DNA of 64,000 bases, from assembly GCA_963842085.1 (NCBI GenBank), contig CAWJET010000001.1, positions 2,816,001-2,880,000 on the forward strand, given 5' to 3'. The DNA comes from an uncultured delta proteobacterium. GTDB taxonomy: Bacteria > Desulfobacterota > Binatia > Binatales > Binataceae. Position numbers and translations under genes: made by a program. Below the pieces are notes generated by a model. The model was not told where the DNA came from. It was given only the letters and a program-made list of their open reading frames with translations, and made no database searches. The number at the start of each line of letters is the position of its first letter. Within the stretch, counting starts at the first letter, position 1. This document shows, in pieces, positions 39,706 through 50,000 of this stretch.

Positions 39706-41135
39706 TGCCGATCAACTATTCCGAGCGAATTCCCAACAACGTGAATCTCACCGACGACCGCCGCCTGCAGCGCGCGCTCGAAGCGTGGCAGCCCGGCTTT
39801 TTGCAATGGTGGAGCGAGATGGGACCCGAGAATTTTCAGGGCTGCGACGTGTATCTGCGGACTGCGACTTCGACCGACGCGCAGGGCTGGGCGACATTCG
39901 GATACGTCAAGATGCCGGACTATCGATGGGGGATTTTTCTGGCTGACCCCGAACCCGATCGCCGGATTCCGTTCGGAGAGCATAAGGGAGAGCCGGTCTG
40001 GCGCGAGGTGCCGGGTGAACATCGGGGCGTCCTGCGCCGCCTTATCGTCACGCAGGGCGACACCGAACCCGCGTCGGTCGAGCAACAGCGGCACCTCGGC
40101 AGGACATGCCCGTCGCTCTACGACCTGCGCAATCTTTTCCAGGTCAACGTGGAAGAAGGGCGCCATCTATGGGCGATGGTCTATCTGCTGCAGGCCTACT
40201 TCGGACGCGATGGCCGCGAAGAGGCCGAGGCCTTGCTCCGGCGCCGGTCGGGGAACGCCGACAACCCTCGCATCCTCGGCGCGTTCAACGAGAAGACGCC
40301 AGACTGGCTGTCGTACTTCATGTTCACGCATTTCACCGACCGTGACGGCAAGTATCAGCTCGCGAGCCTGGCCGAATCGGGATTCGATCCGCTGGCGCGC
40401 ACCTGCCGCTTTATGCTGACCGAGGAGGCGCATCACCTGTTCGTTGGCGAATCGGGAGTGAGCCGGGTAATCAGCCGCACCTGCCAACTGATGAAAGAGC
40501 ATAACACTGGGGTAGTAAGTGAGTACGGTGGGATCGACCTCGCAGTTATTCAAAAGTATATAAACTTTCATTACTCAGTCTCGCTTGATCTGTTCGGCTC
40601 GGAATTATCGACTAATGCAGCCAATTACTACAGCGCAGGTCTGAAAGGGCGCTTCAAGGAAACCGACAGAGACGACGACCATCAACTCAAGCGAAGCGGT
40701 TACTCGGTATCGAAGCCGGTCAATGGAGTAATCATTCAGACCGAGCAGCCTGCGCTGATTGCGTTGAATGAAACTCTTCGCGACTCCTACATTGCCGACT
40801 GCGAGCGGGCGCTGGCGCGATGGAACAAGATTATTCGCGCGGCGGCGATTGGCTTCGAGCTCAAGCTGCCGCATCGGGGATTTCGGCGCTCGATAGGCGA
40901 ATTCGCGGGCGTCAATGTGACGCCGGACGGAAAGATAATCACCGAGACGGAATGGCAACAGCGCAAATCGGAGTGGATACCGACCCAGGCCGACCGCGAA
41001 TTCGTGGCATCGCTCATGCAGCCTTTCACCGCGCCCGGTCAATTCGCGGGCTGGATCGCGCCGCCCGCGCGCGGCATCAACCATCAAGCGCTCGACTTCG
41101 AGTACGTGACCGCATTGCCAACAGAAGCGAATTGA
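39705..41135 (+). CDS. boxB: Benzoyl-CoA 2,3-epoxidase subunit B (diiron)
   Basis: IPNNVNL, QGDTEPASVEQQ, VNVEEGRHLWAM, MLTEEAHH. Confidence 0.95.
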   Translation: MPINYSERIPNNVNLTDDRRLQRALEAWQPGFLQWWSEMGPENFQGCDVYLRTATSTDAQGWATFGYVKMPDYRWGIFLADPEPDRRIPFGEHKGEPVWREVPGEHRGVLRRLIVTQGDTEPASVEQQRHLGRTCPSLYDLRNLFQVNVEEGRHLWAMVYLLQAYFGRDGREEAEALLRRRSGNADNPRILGAFNEKTPDWLSYFMFTHFTDRDGKYQLASLAESGFDPLARTCRFMLTEEAHHLFVGESGVSRVISRTCQLMKEHNTGVVSEYGGIDLAVIQKYINFHYSVSLDLFGSELSTNAANYYSAGLKGRFKETDRDDDHQLKRSGYSVSKPVNGVIIQTEQPALIALNETLRDSYIADCERALARWNKIIRAAAIGFELKLPHRGFRRSIGEFAGVNVTPDGKIITETEWQQRKSEWIPTQADREFVASLMQPFTAPGQFAGWIAPPARGINHQALDFEYVTALPTEAN

Positions 41136-41144
41136 TCGACACGC

Positions 41145-41176
41145 TTGACTCTGGACTATGGTCAAGGGTCTATCGT
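41145..41176 (+). promoter_or_regulatory. MerR/ZntR-type promoter-operator
   Basis: -35 TTGACT, 20-bp spacer, -10 TATCGT; imperfect dyad ACTCTGGAC-TATG-GTCAAGGGT. Confidence 0.7.
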
Positions 41177-41185
41177 GAGGCACAA

Positions 41186-41605
41186 ATGACGATTGGCCGA
41201 GTAGCTAATGCGGCGGGAGTGAGCATAGACACGATCCGCTTCTACGAGCGGCGGGGTTTGATAGCAGGACCGCGGCGGAGCGTTTCGGGTTACAGGAACT
41301 TTTCCGAAGACGTGCTCGATCGCCTGCGTTTCATCGGCGATGCGAAGCGGCTCGGATTTACCCTGAAGGAAATCCGGGAGTTGCTGTCGCTGGGCGTGAA
41401 ATCGACGACCGAATGCGGCCCGGTCACGCGAAAAGCGGAAGCGAAGTTAGCGGAGATGAACCAGGAAATCGGCCGCCTGCAGCGCCTGCGGCTCACGCTG
41501 CGCCAGATGATCGAGGAGTGCGGCGGGAATTGTGCAGCGTCGTATAGGTCGGTTGGAGAAGCTCCCAGAAGCAGAATCTTAAATCGCGCGAAAAACGCGC
41601 GCTGA
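41186..41605 (+). CDS. MerR-family heavy-metal-responsive regulator
   Basis: MTIGRVA..AGVSIDTIRFYERRGL, GYRNF, AKRLGFTLKEIRELL; Cys in TECG and ECGGNC. Confidence 0.9.
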   Translation: MTIGRVANAAGVSIDTIRFYERRGLIAGPRRSVSGYRNFSEDVLDRLRFIGDAKRLGFTLKEIRELLSLGVKSTTECGPVTRKAEAKLAEMNQEIGRLQRLRLTLRQMIEECGGNCAASYRSVGEAPRSRILNRAKNAR

Positions 41606-41650
41606 GTAAGGACCCTCACCTTCATCCTCTCCCTTGCAGGGAGAGGGGAA
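41573..41650 (+). repeat. REP-like repeat family B, copy 2
   Basis: Near-identical to 11314-11396 with a 40-nt exact core; overlaps the MerR 3' end. Confidence 0.85.
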
Positions 41651-41694
41651 GAGAAGCGGCCCGGCCGCAGATCGGAGTGCGAGAGGAGACGCGC

Positions 41695-41922
41695 ATGGAA
41701 GTTGTTATTTACACGAATGCAGGGTGCTCGGCCTGCGCTCAGGCGAAAGAGTTTCTCACGCGGCACAACGTCAGCTACATCGAAAAGAGCATCGCCAAAG
41801 ATCCCTCGCTTATCGATGAGCTGGCCAGCCTTGGTTTTCGCGCGGTTCCCGTTATCCGCGTCGGCAACGAAACGATGCTGGGATTCAGCGCGGTGAAGTT
41901 GAGGAGGATGCTCGGACTGTGA
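41695..41922 (+). CDS. NrdH/YruB-like glutaredoxin
   Basis: IYTNAGCSAC, KEFL, AVPVI, GF; GAGGAG RBS. Confidence 0.85.
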   Translation: MEVVIYTNAGCSACAQAKEFLTRHNVSYIEKSIAKDPSLIDELASLGFRAVPVIRVGNETMLGFSAVKLRRMLGL

Positions 41923-43246
41923 GGGACTGCGGCTCGAGCGCGAGCGGTTGCGCGGCCGCAGTCGCTTGCTGAATCGCGGAGACGGGATGGGCGCAGTCGG
42001 TCGCGAACCAATACGCTGCGATGTATCCGGTCAGCAGAGCGATGAAGCTGGTTTCCTCGAGCGCGCGCGCCAGCCATGGGAAGTCGAGCTGAAACCCGGT
42101 CGGCGGCGGCACCAGGAAGCGGTTGAAGACGCGCAGCGAAACCGCGCTGAGCATGTAGCACAACGCCGCCATCCAGACGGCCCGCGAGCCGGACCGTCCA
42201 TCGGCCTCGGATGTGACCATTTGCACGAACGGAAGAGTCAGTAGCAGTAGATAGTGATGCCATCCGACAGGTGACAGCATGATCGCCGTCGCAATCCACA
42301 GTGAGTATATTCTCCAGTCAGAATCGCCGCGGTTCGTATCGGACAGCGTCGCACGAATAGTCACTCCAAATACTATTAAGTCTGCGACGGCGATGCAGGT
42401 GCGTCTGACCCAATCGGCCGGCGAGCCGGCGGCGGTACCAGTAATCGCCCAGAACATCCGCGACACGAATGGCGCGAGCGAAAGATTGTCCACCCGCTTC
42501 ATCATTGAATAGTCAGTGACCCACGCCGCGCCGTGAACGAAGCTGAGAGATTGCGCGAGCCCCAACGTCGCGACGGTCACGACTACCCCTGCCGCGACTC
42601 CGCACGTCGCAAACGCAACCGCCCGCCATTTCCGACGAATCGCAAAATAGCCGACGAGCAAAAGCGGATAGGCCCGCAACAGCCCGGCCGACGCGATTAA
42701 CAAGCCCGCGGCGCCGTCGCGCCGGCGTTCCATCGCGCGCATTGCGCCGGCCATCAGCAGCAGGATTATGAGCTGCGACTGCCCCCAGTAAAGATTCAAA
42801 TTCACCGGCGCCGACATCAAAATGAGTCCCGCCAGCAACCACGCCGTGCGCCCGGAAAGCCCGCGCCGATATGCCAGCAACAGGTACATCGCGGCTGCCA
42901 ATGCCGAAAAGTTGATTGCGGACCAGAGCCAGAATGCGAACCGTGGCCGCAACCAGGTTAGTGGCTCGAAGCAGACCAGAAACGTCGGCGTGTCGGAGGC
43001 GTAAATCAGACCGCCGGTCTCAAGGCCGAGCCGGGCGGCGATCGGCGTCAAATCGGAACGGTAAGGGTCGATTCCATGCCGGAGCGCCCACGCCGATTCG
43101 TACTTGTCCGAGAAGTCGCGGCCACGCCATTGTGCGCGCATTTTCGTCAAGGTGCCGGTCAGGATCAGGAGCGCGCAGAGCCAGACGACAGCCAGGATCG
43201 CTGGCTGACGCATCGCGGCAGCGATTCGTTCACCGTTCACGCCCAA
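41885..43246 (-). CDS. GT87/DUF2029 membrane glycosyltransferase (GT-C)
   Basis: RDF..Y, NLYWGQSQL, LRAYP, SPVGWHHY; polytopic. Confidence 0.8.
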   Translation of the reverse strand: MGVNGERIAAAMRQPAILAVVWLCALLILTGTLTKMRAQWRGRDFSDKYESAWALRHGIDPYRSDLTPIAARLGLETGGLIYASDTPTFLVCFEPLTWLRPRFAFWLWSAINFSALAAAMYLLLAYRRGLSGRTAWLLAGLILMSAPVNLNLYWGQSQLIILLLMAGAMRAMERRRDGAAGLLIASAGLLRAYPLLLVGYFAIRRKWRAVAFATCGVAAGVVVTVATLGLAQSLSFVHGAAWVTDYSMMKRVDNLSLAPFVSRMFWAITGTAAGSPADWVRRTCIAVADLIVFGVTIRATLSDTNRGDSDWRIYSLWIATAIMLSPVGWHHYLLLLTLPFVQMVTSEADGRSGSRAVWMAALCYMLSAVSLRVFNRFLVPPPTGFQLDFPWLARALEETSFIALLTGYIAAYWFATDCAHPVSAIQQATAAAQPLALEPQSLTVRASSSTSPR

Positions 43247-43405
43247 GTATGGGCAAACCGCGGCGCGCGAGACTACAAAAGTGCTGAGCCCTCTGCGTTA
43301 CCTGGAGAACTCAAAATCGTTCGCTATCGGGTGTAACCGATGAGTAGCGACGCTTTTGTCGCAAAACCATGACTGCTTAATCCGTTCGGTTGCCAATAGA
43401 TGACG

Positions 43406-45160
43406 CTAGTCTGGCGACTCGTCGACGGTGCGCTGCTCGATCGCAATGGTGGTCTCGTAGGCGGAGGACAGTTCGATCACTCGGCTGTGAAATTTGCGCA
43501 GACTTTGTCGGTGTCCGATGCTGATGAACGCAGTCGGCGAGTTCGCGAGCAGTGAGTACAGGCTTTCCTCGGCAGCCATATCGAGCGCGCTGGTGGCTTC
43601 GTCGAGAAAGGCGAAGCGAGGACGATTGAGCAGGAGGCGTGCGAACACAAGCCGCTGTTGTTCGCCGCCCGACAGCACGTCTGCCCAGTGAAGTTCGGCA
43701 TCCAGACCTCCGAACTGATCGGGCAGATGCGCGAGACCGACCATGCGCAACACCTCGAGCAGCTCGTCGTCGCTTACTTCGCTTGCGCGCGGATATTGGA
43801 GCTGTTGGCGAAGCGAGCCGAGTATCAAGTACGGCTTCTGCGGCATGAACATGATCTGCTCGGTCGGAGGCCGCAAGATCCGGCCGCTGCCGAAATTCCA
43901 AATGCCGGCGACTGCCCTCATCAGCGAGGTTTTGCCCGCGCCACTCGGTCCCGTGAGCAGCAGCGTGTCGCCGTACTTCACCTCGACGGACAGATTGCGC
44001 TGCAACTCCCGCTTCCAATCGGGCGTCATCAGGCTCACGTTGTCGAGTGAAACTCGTCCGTCCGCTTCGCCGACTTCGATGTGCGCGCCACCGTCCGCAT
44101 TCTCGCTGCCGGCGTCGTCGCAACGCTCTTCGAACGCGGCGAGACGATTGACCACCGAGGCGTAGTCGGTGAGCCCCTGGAATTGATCGACCACGAGCGA
44201 GAGCGATCCCTGCAAAACCGAAAATGCGTACGCGGCCTGTGTGAATTCGCCCAGTTCGAACCGCCCCGAAAAGTACGCGCCGGCAAGCACAAAATAGGGC
44301 ACCAGGCCGGCCGCGTTGTCGTAAGCTGCGGTGAAGAACGTCAGATGGCGCTGCCAGAGAATCAGCAGTTTGAAATTTCTGATCACGTTGGCGAACCGCC
44401 GCCGCAGTTGATGCGCCTCGTCGCGCGCGCCGTCGTACAAGGCGATCGCTTCGGCGTTATCGCGCGCGTGGACCAACGCGAAGCGGTAATCAGCCTCGAA
44501 TCGTTGCTGATTGAAGTTGATTACCACCAGGCGGCGTCCGATCACCGCGGCGAGCCAGGTGCCGATAAGCGCATAGCCGATCAGACACACCGCGAGCCGT
44601 CGCGAGATCAACCACAGGATTCCGAAAAATGTCACCGCGGTTACGACCGCCTGCAAGGCGGTCATGGAATAGTTGAGCGCGCCGCCGGTGAAGCTGTTGA
44701 TGTCTTCGCTGATGCGCTGGTCCGGATTGTCGACCGAGTGATCGCGCATGATGTGGTAGAGCGCGTTTCGATGCAGCATGCGGTGAACGAACAATTCGGT
44801 CATCCAGTCGCGCCAATCGATTCGGAGCAGTCCGCTGAGGTAGGGATAGAAGGCGGCGATCGGCACGAACAACACGACCCAGGTCGCGAACAACACCATC
44901 AAGTGGTAGAAGCGCGCAGAGTCTTTGTTCTGCAGCGAGTTCATGATGTCACGGGATACATAACTGAAGATAGCTTGCATCCCAATCGTGCCCAGGCTCA
45001 GCACGATCAGCACACCGATAAGCAGGAGTGCTGTCCCGCGCCGCTCCGAACTCCAGTAAGGACCTGCGAGCCGCCACAGGCGCTTCCAAAATAGCCGATC
45101 GAAGCGATCTGAAGTGGCGCGGGCAAGGTCGCCGTTATCTGACGAGTCATTTCCGTTCAT
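43406..45160 (-). CDS. ABCD-type ABC transporter (YddA/BacA-like), fused TMD and NBD
   Basis: DNPDQRISED, EADYRFAL..NAEAIALY, GPSGAGKTS, LSGGEQQRL, LDEATSALD. Confidence 0.92.
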   Translation of the reverse strand: MNGNDSSDNGDLARATSDRFDRLFWKRLWRLAGPYWSSERRGTALLLIGVLIVLSLGTIGMQAIFSYVSRDIMNSLQNKDSARFYHLMVLFATWVVLFVPIAAFYPYLSGLLRIDWRDWMTELFVHRMLHRNALYHIMRDHSVDNPDQRISEDINSFTGGALNYSMTALQAVVTAVTFFGILWLISRRLAVCLIGYALIGTWLAAVIGRRLVVINFNQQRFEADYRFALVHARDNAEAIALYDGARDEAHQLRRRFANVIRNFKLLILWQRHLTFFTAAYDNAAGLVPYFVLAGAYFSGRFELGEFTQAAYAFSVLQGSLSLVVDQFQGLTDYASVVNRLAAFEERCDDAGSENADGGAHIEVGEADGRVSLDNVSLMTPDWKRELQRNLSVEVKYGDTLLLTGPSGAGKTSLMRAVAGIWNFGSGRILRPPTEQIMFMPQKPYLILGSLRQQLQYPRASEVSDDELLEVLRMVGLAHLPDQFGGLDAELHWADVLSGGEQQRLVFARLLLNRPRFAFLDEATSALDMAAEESLYSLLANSPTAFISIGHRQSLRKFHSRVIELSSAYETTIAIEQRTVDESPD

Positions 45161-45432
45161 GTCTTGTTAGACGTTAGCAACGAGCGAAGTGATTCCGATC
45201 TTGCCTCTGCAGCGCGCCTGAATTAGTTCGCCGAGGTTGAAGAATCAGGGCAATTTAACGGTTGAATTCCGGAACTTCCTGCATCGTCAACAAGATTAAA
45301 GAGACCTGGTTGGCCACCAACACGACCAGCCGTAACTGGTTCAGCGGGGCGATCGGACACTCTATACGGTGATCAATCCAGTTGCGTAGCCGCACTCTGT
45401 CTACCAGATGCGCTCGAGGGAATGTAAGGATT

Positions 45433-45834
45433 ATGAAAAAGACTATGAAAAAGATGCACTTGCTCGGCGGCAGCTTCCTCCTCGTCACTGCGTTGACGCT
45501 GGGCTTCGCAATGCCAGCATTCGCGGAAACCGTGGTGGTGAAGATGTTCGACACACCATCCAAATTCGTTCCGAACCCGGTGAAGATCAAAGTCGGCGAT
45601 ACTGTAGAGTGGGAAAATAAGGGTGAAACCATCCATACTGCCACCACCGATCCGTCCCAGGCGCCCGACAAAAGCTGGGCGTCCGTGCCGCCCGGGGCGG
45701 AGACCTGGGACTCCGGTTACATGAACTCGGGGGACACCTGGAGCTACACGTTCAAGGTTCCCGGAGTTTACCACTACTTCTGCACGACGCACGTAAAAGA
45801 AGGAATGAAGGGCGAAATTGACGTAGAGAAATAG
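45433..45834 (+). CDS. Periplasmic type-1 blue copper protein (cupredoxin)
   Basis: Signal peptide ending AFA; HTAT and YFCTTHVKEGM (His, Cys, His, Met ligands). Confidence 0.9.
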   Translation: MKKTMKKMHLLGGSFLLVTALTLGFAMPAFAETVVVKMFDTPSKFVPNPVKIKVGDTVEWENKGETIHTATTDPSQAPDKSWASVPPGAETWDSGYMNSGDTWSYTFKVPGVYHYFCTTHVKEGMKGEIDVEK

Positions 45835-46015
45835 GCACTCGGGGCGCGACTGCTACCGTGGAGACCGACGATAGCAAACCGCAACCAGCCTGATCTTTGA
45901 ATGCGCAGCGAAGAGCGAAGGTGCCGACGCCGAAACCGACGGCCTAAAGTCCGCCCACGGCGGTGAGTCCATAGAGCGAGCGCGGTTGCCCCACACATCC
46001 TGGTATTTTTCAATA

Positions 46016-46098
46016 TGCCGAGGGCGGGACTTGAACCCGCACGTGGTTGCCCACGGAGGATTTTGAGTCCTCTGCGTCTGCCATTCCGCCACCTCGGC
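46016..46098 (-). tRNA. tRNA-Leu(CAA)
   Basis: Reverse complement GCCGAGGTGGCGGAATGGCAGACGCAGAGGACTCAAAATCCTCCGTGGGCAACCACGTGCGGGTTCAAGTCCCGCCCTCGGCA; long variable arm; CCA not encoded. Confidence 0.96.
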
Positions 46099-46379
46099 AC
46101 TCGAAGAAGCTTGCAGACTCAGCCGGGTCATCTTAGCAAAGGTAGCGCGGCCGGCAATGGCGACGGATAGGGCCAACTCACGTATTGGTCGCGACCCCAG
46201 CATTGATCGCTTGTTTGGTCTCGGGTGGCGCGACGCGGCGACCTCGATAGACAATCGACGGCGACTGCCGCACTAGCGTGATAGTCAAAAGGTAGTATAG
46301 AACTGAATAGCAAGTACAATACTCACTTGTATCTTGCGATTGTTTGCTTAGTATAGTGTAGCGAGCGCACTATGTATTC

Positions 46380-47048
46380 ATGGAAGCGGTCGCCGTTGGC
46401 ATTCCCGCACCGGTCCCGGTTGCGCAACCGCGCGTCACACTCGCAGGCCTGAAGCATGCCCTTGGCGATTGTCTGCTGGCCGCGTCGTTCTTGCTCGCGA
46501 CGTTGCCGGCCGGACGCGAGCTCAGCTTTACTCTGGCGGGAGCGGCGAACGTGGTATGGCTGGCGGGCGCCGCGATCATGGCCGTCATGTCGCTCGCGCG
46601 ATTTGCCCCGCGCACGGCCAGCGTAAATCTGCGCACGCTGACCGCGTCGGGCGGCATGCTGATCCTCCCGTGTTTCATGCGGCCGAGCGACCTTGCCACC
46701 GGCGCGCTGGCGACCACCGGACTTCTTTTCGAGTTGTTCGGCGTAGTGCTGACCCAGGTCGCGCGCGTCTATATGGGTCGCAGCTTCGGTGTGCTGCCCG
46801 CGAACCGCGGCATCGTGTCGAAGGGGCCGTTTCGATGGGTTCGTCATCCCATATATTTCGGATGGCTGATGCTTTCGATTGGCTACGCGATGTCCTACGC
46901 GAACGGTCGCAATATCATGCTGGTCGTGGTGACGCTTCCGTTCATGGTCTGGCGAATCGAGCAGGAAGAAGTGCATTTGAGGGCGGATCCCGCATACCGC
47001 CGCTACATGGATCGAGTCCGGTACCGTTTGTGCCCGGGAGTTGTCTGA
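46380..47048 (+). CDS. ICMT/PEMT-family membrane methyltransferase
   Basis: MGRSFGVLPANRGIVSKGPFRWVRHPIY, RIEQEE..L, YRRY..RVRYRL. Confidence 0.85.
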   Translation: MEAVAVGIPAPVPVAQPRVTLAGLKHALGDCLLAASFLLATLPAGRELSFTLAGAANVVWLAGAAIMAVMSLARFAPRTASVNLRTLTASGGMLILPCFMRPSDLATGALATTGLLFELFGVVLTQVARVYMGRSFGVLPANRGIVSKGPFRWVRHPIYFGWLMLSIGYAMSYANGRNIMLVVVTLPFMVWRIEQEEVHLRADPAYRRYMDRVRYRLCPGVV

Positions 47049-47084
47049 GCCGAATTGGCTGCCGCAGGCGCGGACGCCTTCCAG

Positions 47085-50000
47085 CTACTCCCGCGGCGAA
47101 CGAGCTTCGGTGCGGCCGCTGCCGCGCGTGCCCATCAGGTAGATTCCACCCGCGAGCGGGCTCGAAAGAATCATCGCGAACGCCAGTCCGCCGATCACGG
47201 CGATTGCCAGCGGTTGCTGAACCTTGGCGCCCGCACCGTAGCCGAGCGCGAGCGGTAACAGCCCCGCCGCCGTGGCGAGCGTGGTCATGATGATCGGGCG
47301 CAGCCGCACCGTCGCCGCCTCGAATAGCGCCGCGCCCGGTCGTACGCCCGCGCCGACTTCGCGCTCGGCATGGTCGAGCAGCAGGATGCCGTTCTTGGCG
47401 GTGATTCCCGCGACCATGATGATGCCCATGAACGATGAGATGTTGAGCGTCATGCCGGTCACGGCGAGCGCGATGAAACTGCCCGCGAGACACGACATCG
47501 CGGCCACCAGGCATGCAACCGCGGGCGCGAGCCGCGCGAACTCCCAGACCAGGATCAGGAACATCATGATCGTACCCGCCACCAGCACCAGCGCGAGCTC
47601 GTGAAAGGCCCGCTGCTGCTGCGCGTAAAGCCCGCCGTATTCGAGCGACACGCCGGCCGCCAGCGGCATCCGCGACAGGCTCTGCTTGACCTGGCTGACG
47701 GCAGTGCCGAGGTCGATACCCTCCAGCCGCGCCGTGACGTGCACGACGGACCGCTGGCGCTCGCGCGCGATCTCGCTGGTCTCGCCGAGAAAGTCGATCT
47801 TCGTGACCGCCGACAGCGGCACACGCGCATTCGTGCTCGACTTGAGAATCACTTCCGACAGAGTCCCGAGATCTTCGTGGAATGCGTCCGGGTATCGCAC
47901 CCGCACGCCGACCAGCCGATCGCCCGACAGGACGTTGGTGGCGACCGTCCCTTGAATCACCGAATCGAGCGCGGTGCGGATGTCATCGGCGCTCAGTCCG
48001 TAGTGCGCGGCCGAAGTGTTGTCGACGACGACCGCCTGCTCCGGGATGCTCTCGACGATTCCGTCGAACACGTCCACCAGGCCGTGAATCGAGCGCATCC
48101 GATCAGCCACTTGCCGCGCCGTCGCCTCGATCGTCTTCTGGTCGGGGCCGAAGACCTTGACCTCGATCGGCTCCGGCACGCCTGAAAGATCGCCGATCAG
48201 GTCCTGCAACACCTGCGAGAACTCGATCGATACTCCCGGCACCGAGCTCAGGATGCGTTCGCGGATGGAATCGATGACCGTATCGATGTCGCGTTTGCGG
48301 TCCGGTTTCAGCCGCACGGACATGTCTCCGCGATTCGATTCGGTCAGAAAAAATCCAAGCTGCGTGCCGGTGCGGCGGCTGAACGCAACGACTTCGGGCG
48401 TCGTTTTCAGAATCGACTGAATCGAGTCGAGCAACGCAGTCGTGTCGGCCATCGTGCTCTGCGGCGGCGTTAGGTAGTCGAGGACAAACGCGCCTTCGTC
48501 GAGCGGCGGCAGATAGTCGGTGCCGATACTGTTGTAAACGAAGTACGCGACCAACATCGAAACCGCAGCACCAAGGATTGCCAGCGCGGGAATCCGGATG
48601 ATCGGCCGGATCGCAGTCAGAAACAGCGTCTGCACGCCGCGATAGATTCGTCCCGCCGCGCGCGCGCGCCCGCGAAACCGCGCCATCGCAAGTTCTATCG
48701 CGGGCGTGAAGTAGATGGCGAGTATCAGCGAAATCGCCAGTCCTCCGCCCAGCGTCGCCGCCAGTGAGCGGAAGAAAACGCCGGTCACACCCGAAATAAA
48801 AACCAGCGGCCCGAATACGACGATCACCGTCATGGTCGCGGCGAACAGCGGGCGCCGGAGACGCTTGAGCGCTTCGGCCACTGCCGTACCAGCGGATTGA
48901 CCCGACGCGAGTTCGCGATGAATCGCTTCGATCATTACGATCGCGTCGTCGATGAAAAGTCCGATTCCGGCCGCCAGCCCGCCCAGCGTCATCATGTTGA
49001 AGGTCAGTCCCGCGGCTTTCATCACGATGAATGTGATCGCAACCGTGCACGGCACCACCGTCGCCGCAACCAGCGCGCTGAGCGGACTCATCGTGAACAC
49101 CAGCACCACCAGCACCGCCAGCGCGAGGCCGAGCAGGATCGCGTCGCGCACGCTGTTGAACGATTCGCTGACCAGTTCCGACTGATCGTACGAAACCGAA
49201 AACTGAACGTCGGGATAACGCTGGCGAAACTCCGCGAGGATCTGCCGCGCCTCGGCCGCGATCGTCACCGTATTGCCGCTCGGCCGCCGCGAGATTCCGA
49301 CCAGCACCGCCGCGCCGTTCTCGGACGCGGCCCTGATGTAGTCTTCGCGGATTCCCAATTCGACCGAACCCACGTCGCTGACGCGCACCGGTTGACCGCC
49401 AATAGCCGACAGCGGCACCGCGGCAATCTGGCCGGCCTGGTGCAGATCGCTGGTCACCACCGTCAGCAGCATCCGGTGCGATTCGTTCATCCGGCCCGCC
49501 GACGCGATGACGTTATTGTGCGCCAGGCCCGCGACGACCTGGGCCGGCGACATGTCATGCTGCAGCATCCGCGCCGGATCGAGCCGCACCACGAATTCGC
49601 GGTACTTGCCGCCGATTACGCCGACCCGGTAGGTGCCCTCGATGCGATGCAGGCTCGGAACGAGATCGTAGTTCGCGATGTCGGTCAGTTCGGGCAGGCT
49701 GCGAATCTTCGAGCTCAGGCTGAGATCGACGATCGGAAAGGTGCCGGTCGTCAGCAACAGCGCGTCGAGCGTCGTATCGTTCGGGAGCTGCGCGCGCGTA
49801 TGCGCGACTGCGGCGTTCAGCATCTGGTAGCTGGTTTGTGGGTCGGCGTCTTCGCCGAACGTAACGTCTATCTCGGCGCTGCCGCGGGTCGTCGTCGATC
49901 GAACCAGTTCCACACCGGGCACGGTGTATGCGCTTTCCTCCAGCGGCCGCGTTACCGACGCGAGCATCTGTTCCGCCGGCAGATCGCCGCTGTCGGCGAG

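Noticed and set aside
45161-45432. Possible cobalamin riboswitch upstream of the BacA-like ABC transporter
   Set aside because: Could not find the conserved B12-box or GCCACTG elements on the coding strand
37974-46015. Integrative element at the tRNA-Leu 3' end
   Set aside because: No integrase, and no duplicated tRNA 3' end (att site) seen in the window
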